From: Thermoproteota archaeon
Lineage (GTDB): Archaea; Asgardarchaeota; Jordiarchaeia; Jordiarchaeales; Freyrarchaeaceae
NCBI GenBank assembly: GCA_029258835.1
Contig: JAPDJY010000047.1
Location: 1-25,719 of the forward strand
DNA length: 25,719 nucleotides
Reading direction: 5' to 3'
The notes under the pieces are model-generated. The model was not told where the DNA came from and did not search any database. It was given only the letters and a program-made list of their open reading frames with translations. Below are positions 25,016-25,719 of this stretch, piece after piece. Each line of letters begins with the position of its first letter. Within the stretch, counting starts at the first letter, position 1. The translations under genes and the position numbers were made by a program.

Positions 25016-25719
25016 GACAGCAGCAACATCCCTATCAAGGACGAGCCCACACCCGCACCTCATTAATATGCCCCGATAGGCTGCCATGGTAGCCTGACAG
25101 ACGGGGCAGGCCCTGGAGGAATAGGACGGGTTAACGTGCCCGGCCGGGAGCCCAGCCCACCTCAGCCTGTATTCGAGCATGAAGTGGAACGTCCTAGCAT
25201 TCCACTTCGAAAGCCTGCGGTTTGGGTTTTTGGATCTGTTTAGAACCCTGCCCTTAACGTTTTTCAAGTCTCAAGTACTGCTCCGCTACGTAACCCCTCC
25301 AGCTCCCCGGCTATCCTAGTTGTCAGCTTGTGCATGAAGTCTTTGGCCCTGTTCCTTTCCCTCTTAGAGTATTTCCGCATCAGCCTCTCAGCGGTTCTGG
25401 GCTTGCGCCTGGATAGCTTCTGCACCCTCCTCTTCCCCTCTTCTCCTCGTAGGCCCTGTGGACGCGGTATGGCTGCCTGGGGCCGTACCTGACCACTCCC
25501 CCGTCGGTCAGGGCGGCCACGTTGGTTAGCTTCACGTCGAACGAAGCCCAGCCCCTAGGATTGATGTTTTTCAGTTTTCTCTTGAAGTTGATTATGAGCC
25601 TGTTTTCTGTCAGTAGTCCTCCGGTGGTGTTGAAGTCCTTTGGCAGGTAGCCGTACCTTGCTAGGTTTACTTCCAGGTATTGTTTGTTTGGTTTGATGCT
25701 GATTTTAGTTTGCCATCCC
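24868..25719 (-). pseudogene. tnpB: Second, more decayed copy of the IS607-like tnpB element (5' part outside the window)
   Basis: Clearly homologous to 4014-4845 (WASFDV, KDFMHKLT, LSKWNARTF, CPVC...CGC, DRDVAAVLNL) with several indels. Homology to copy 1 stops just after minus-strand CGTGAACC. Confidence 0.9.

Overview
Archaeal chromosomal window. AGG/AGA-rich codons, GGAGG/GGTGA ribosome sites and TATA-like boxes suggest a thermophilic, anaerobic TACK/Asgard-type organism (inference). Intact genes: an MBL hydrolase, a PTP/DSP-HD fusion, an XPD/Rad3 helicase, a 1227-aa CobN/BchH chelatase, a PaaI thioesterase, two Fe-S proteins, an ADP-forming acyl-CoA synthetase alpha subunit, an SSUH2-like 8x CxxCxGxG zinc-finger protein, DUF362, a radical SAM protein and membrane proteins. 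Much decayed DNA lies between them, partly missed by the ORF track: a frameshifted acyl-CoA synthetase paralog, MNT, TPR and DUF262 (DGQQR) relics, and two related IS607-like TnpB elements whose 3' ends show a covarying omegaRNA-like stem. The most striking locus is 3275-5563, where one host gene can be reconstructed after two insertions. The first is a 1.41-kb HTH-only+TnpB IS607-like element at a GG core. The second, 13 bp away, is a 37-bp hairpin insert flanked by a perfect 37-bp duplication of the gene's own coding sequence. This repeat-spacer-repeat geometry is what off-target Cas1-Cas2 integration would leave, so it is a candidate natural neo-CRISPR unit next to a TnpB. Family assignments come from motif recognition by eye; no database searches were run.
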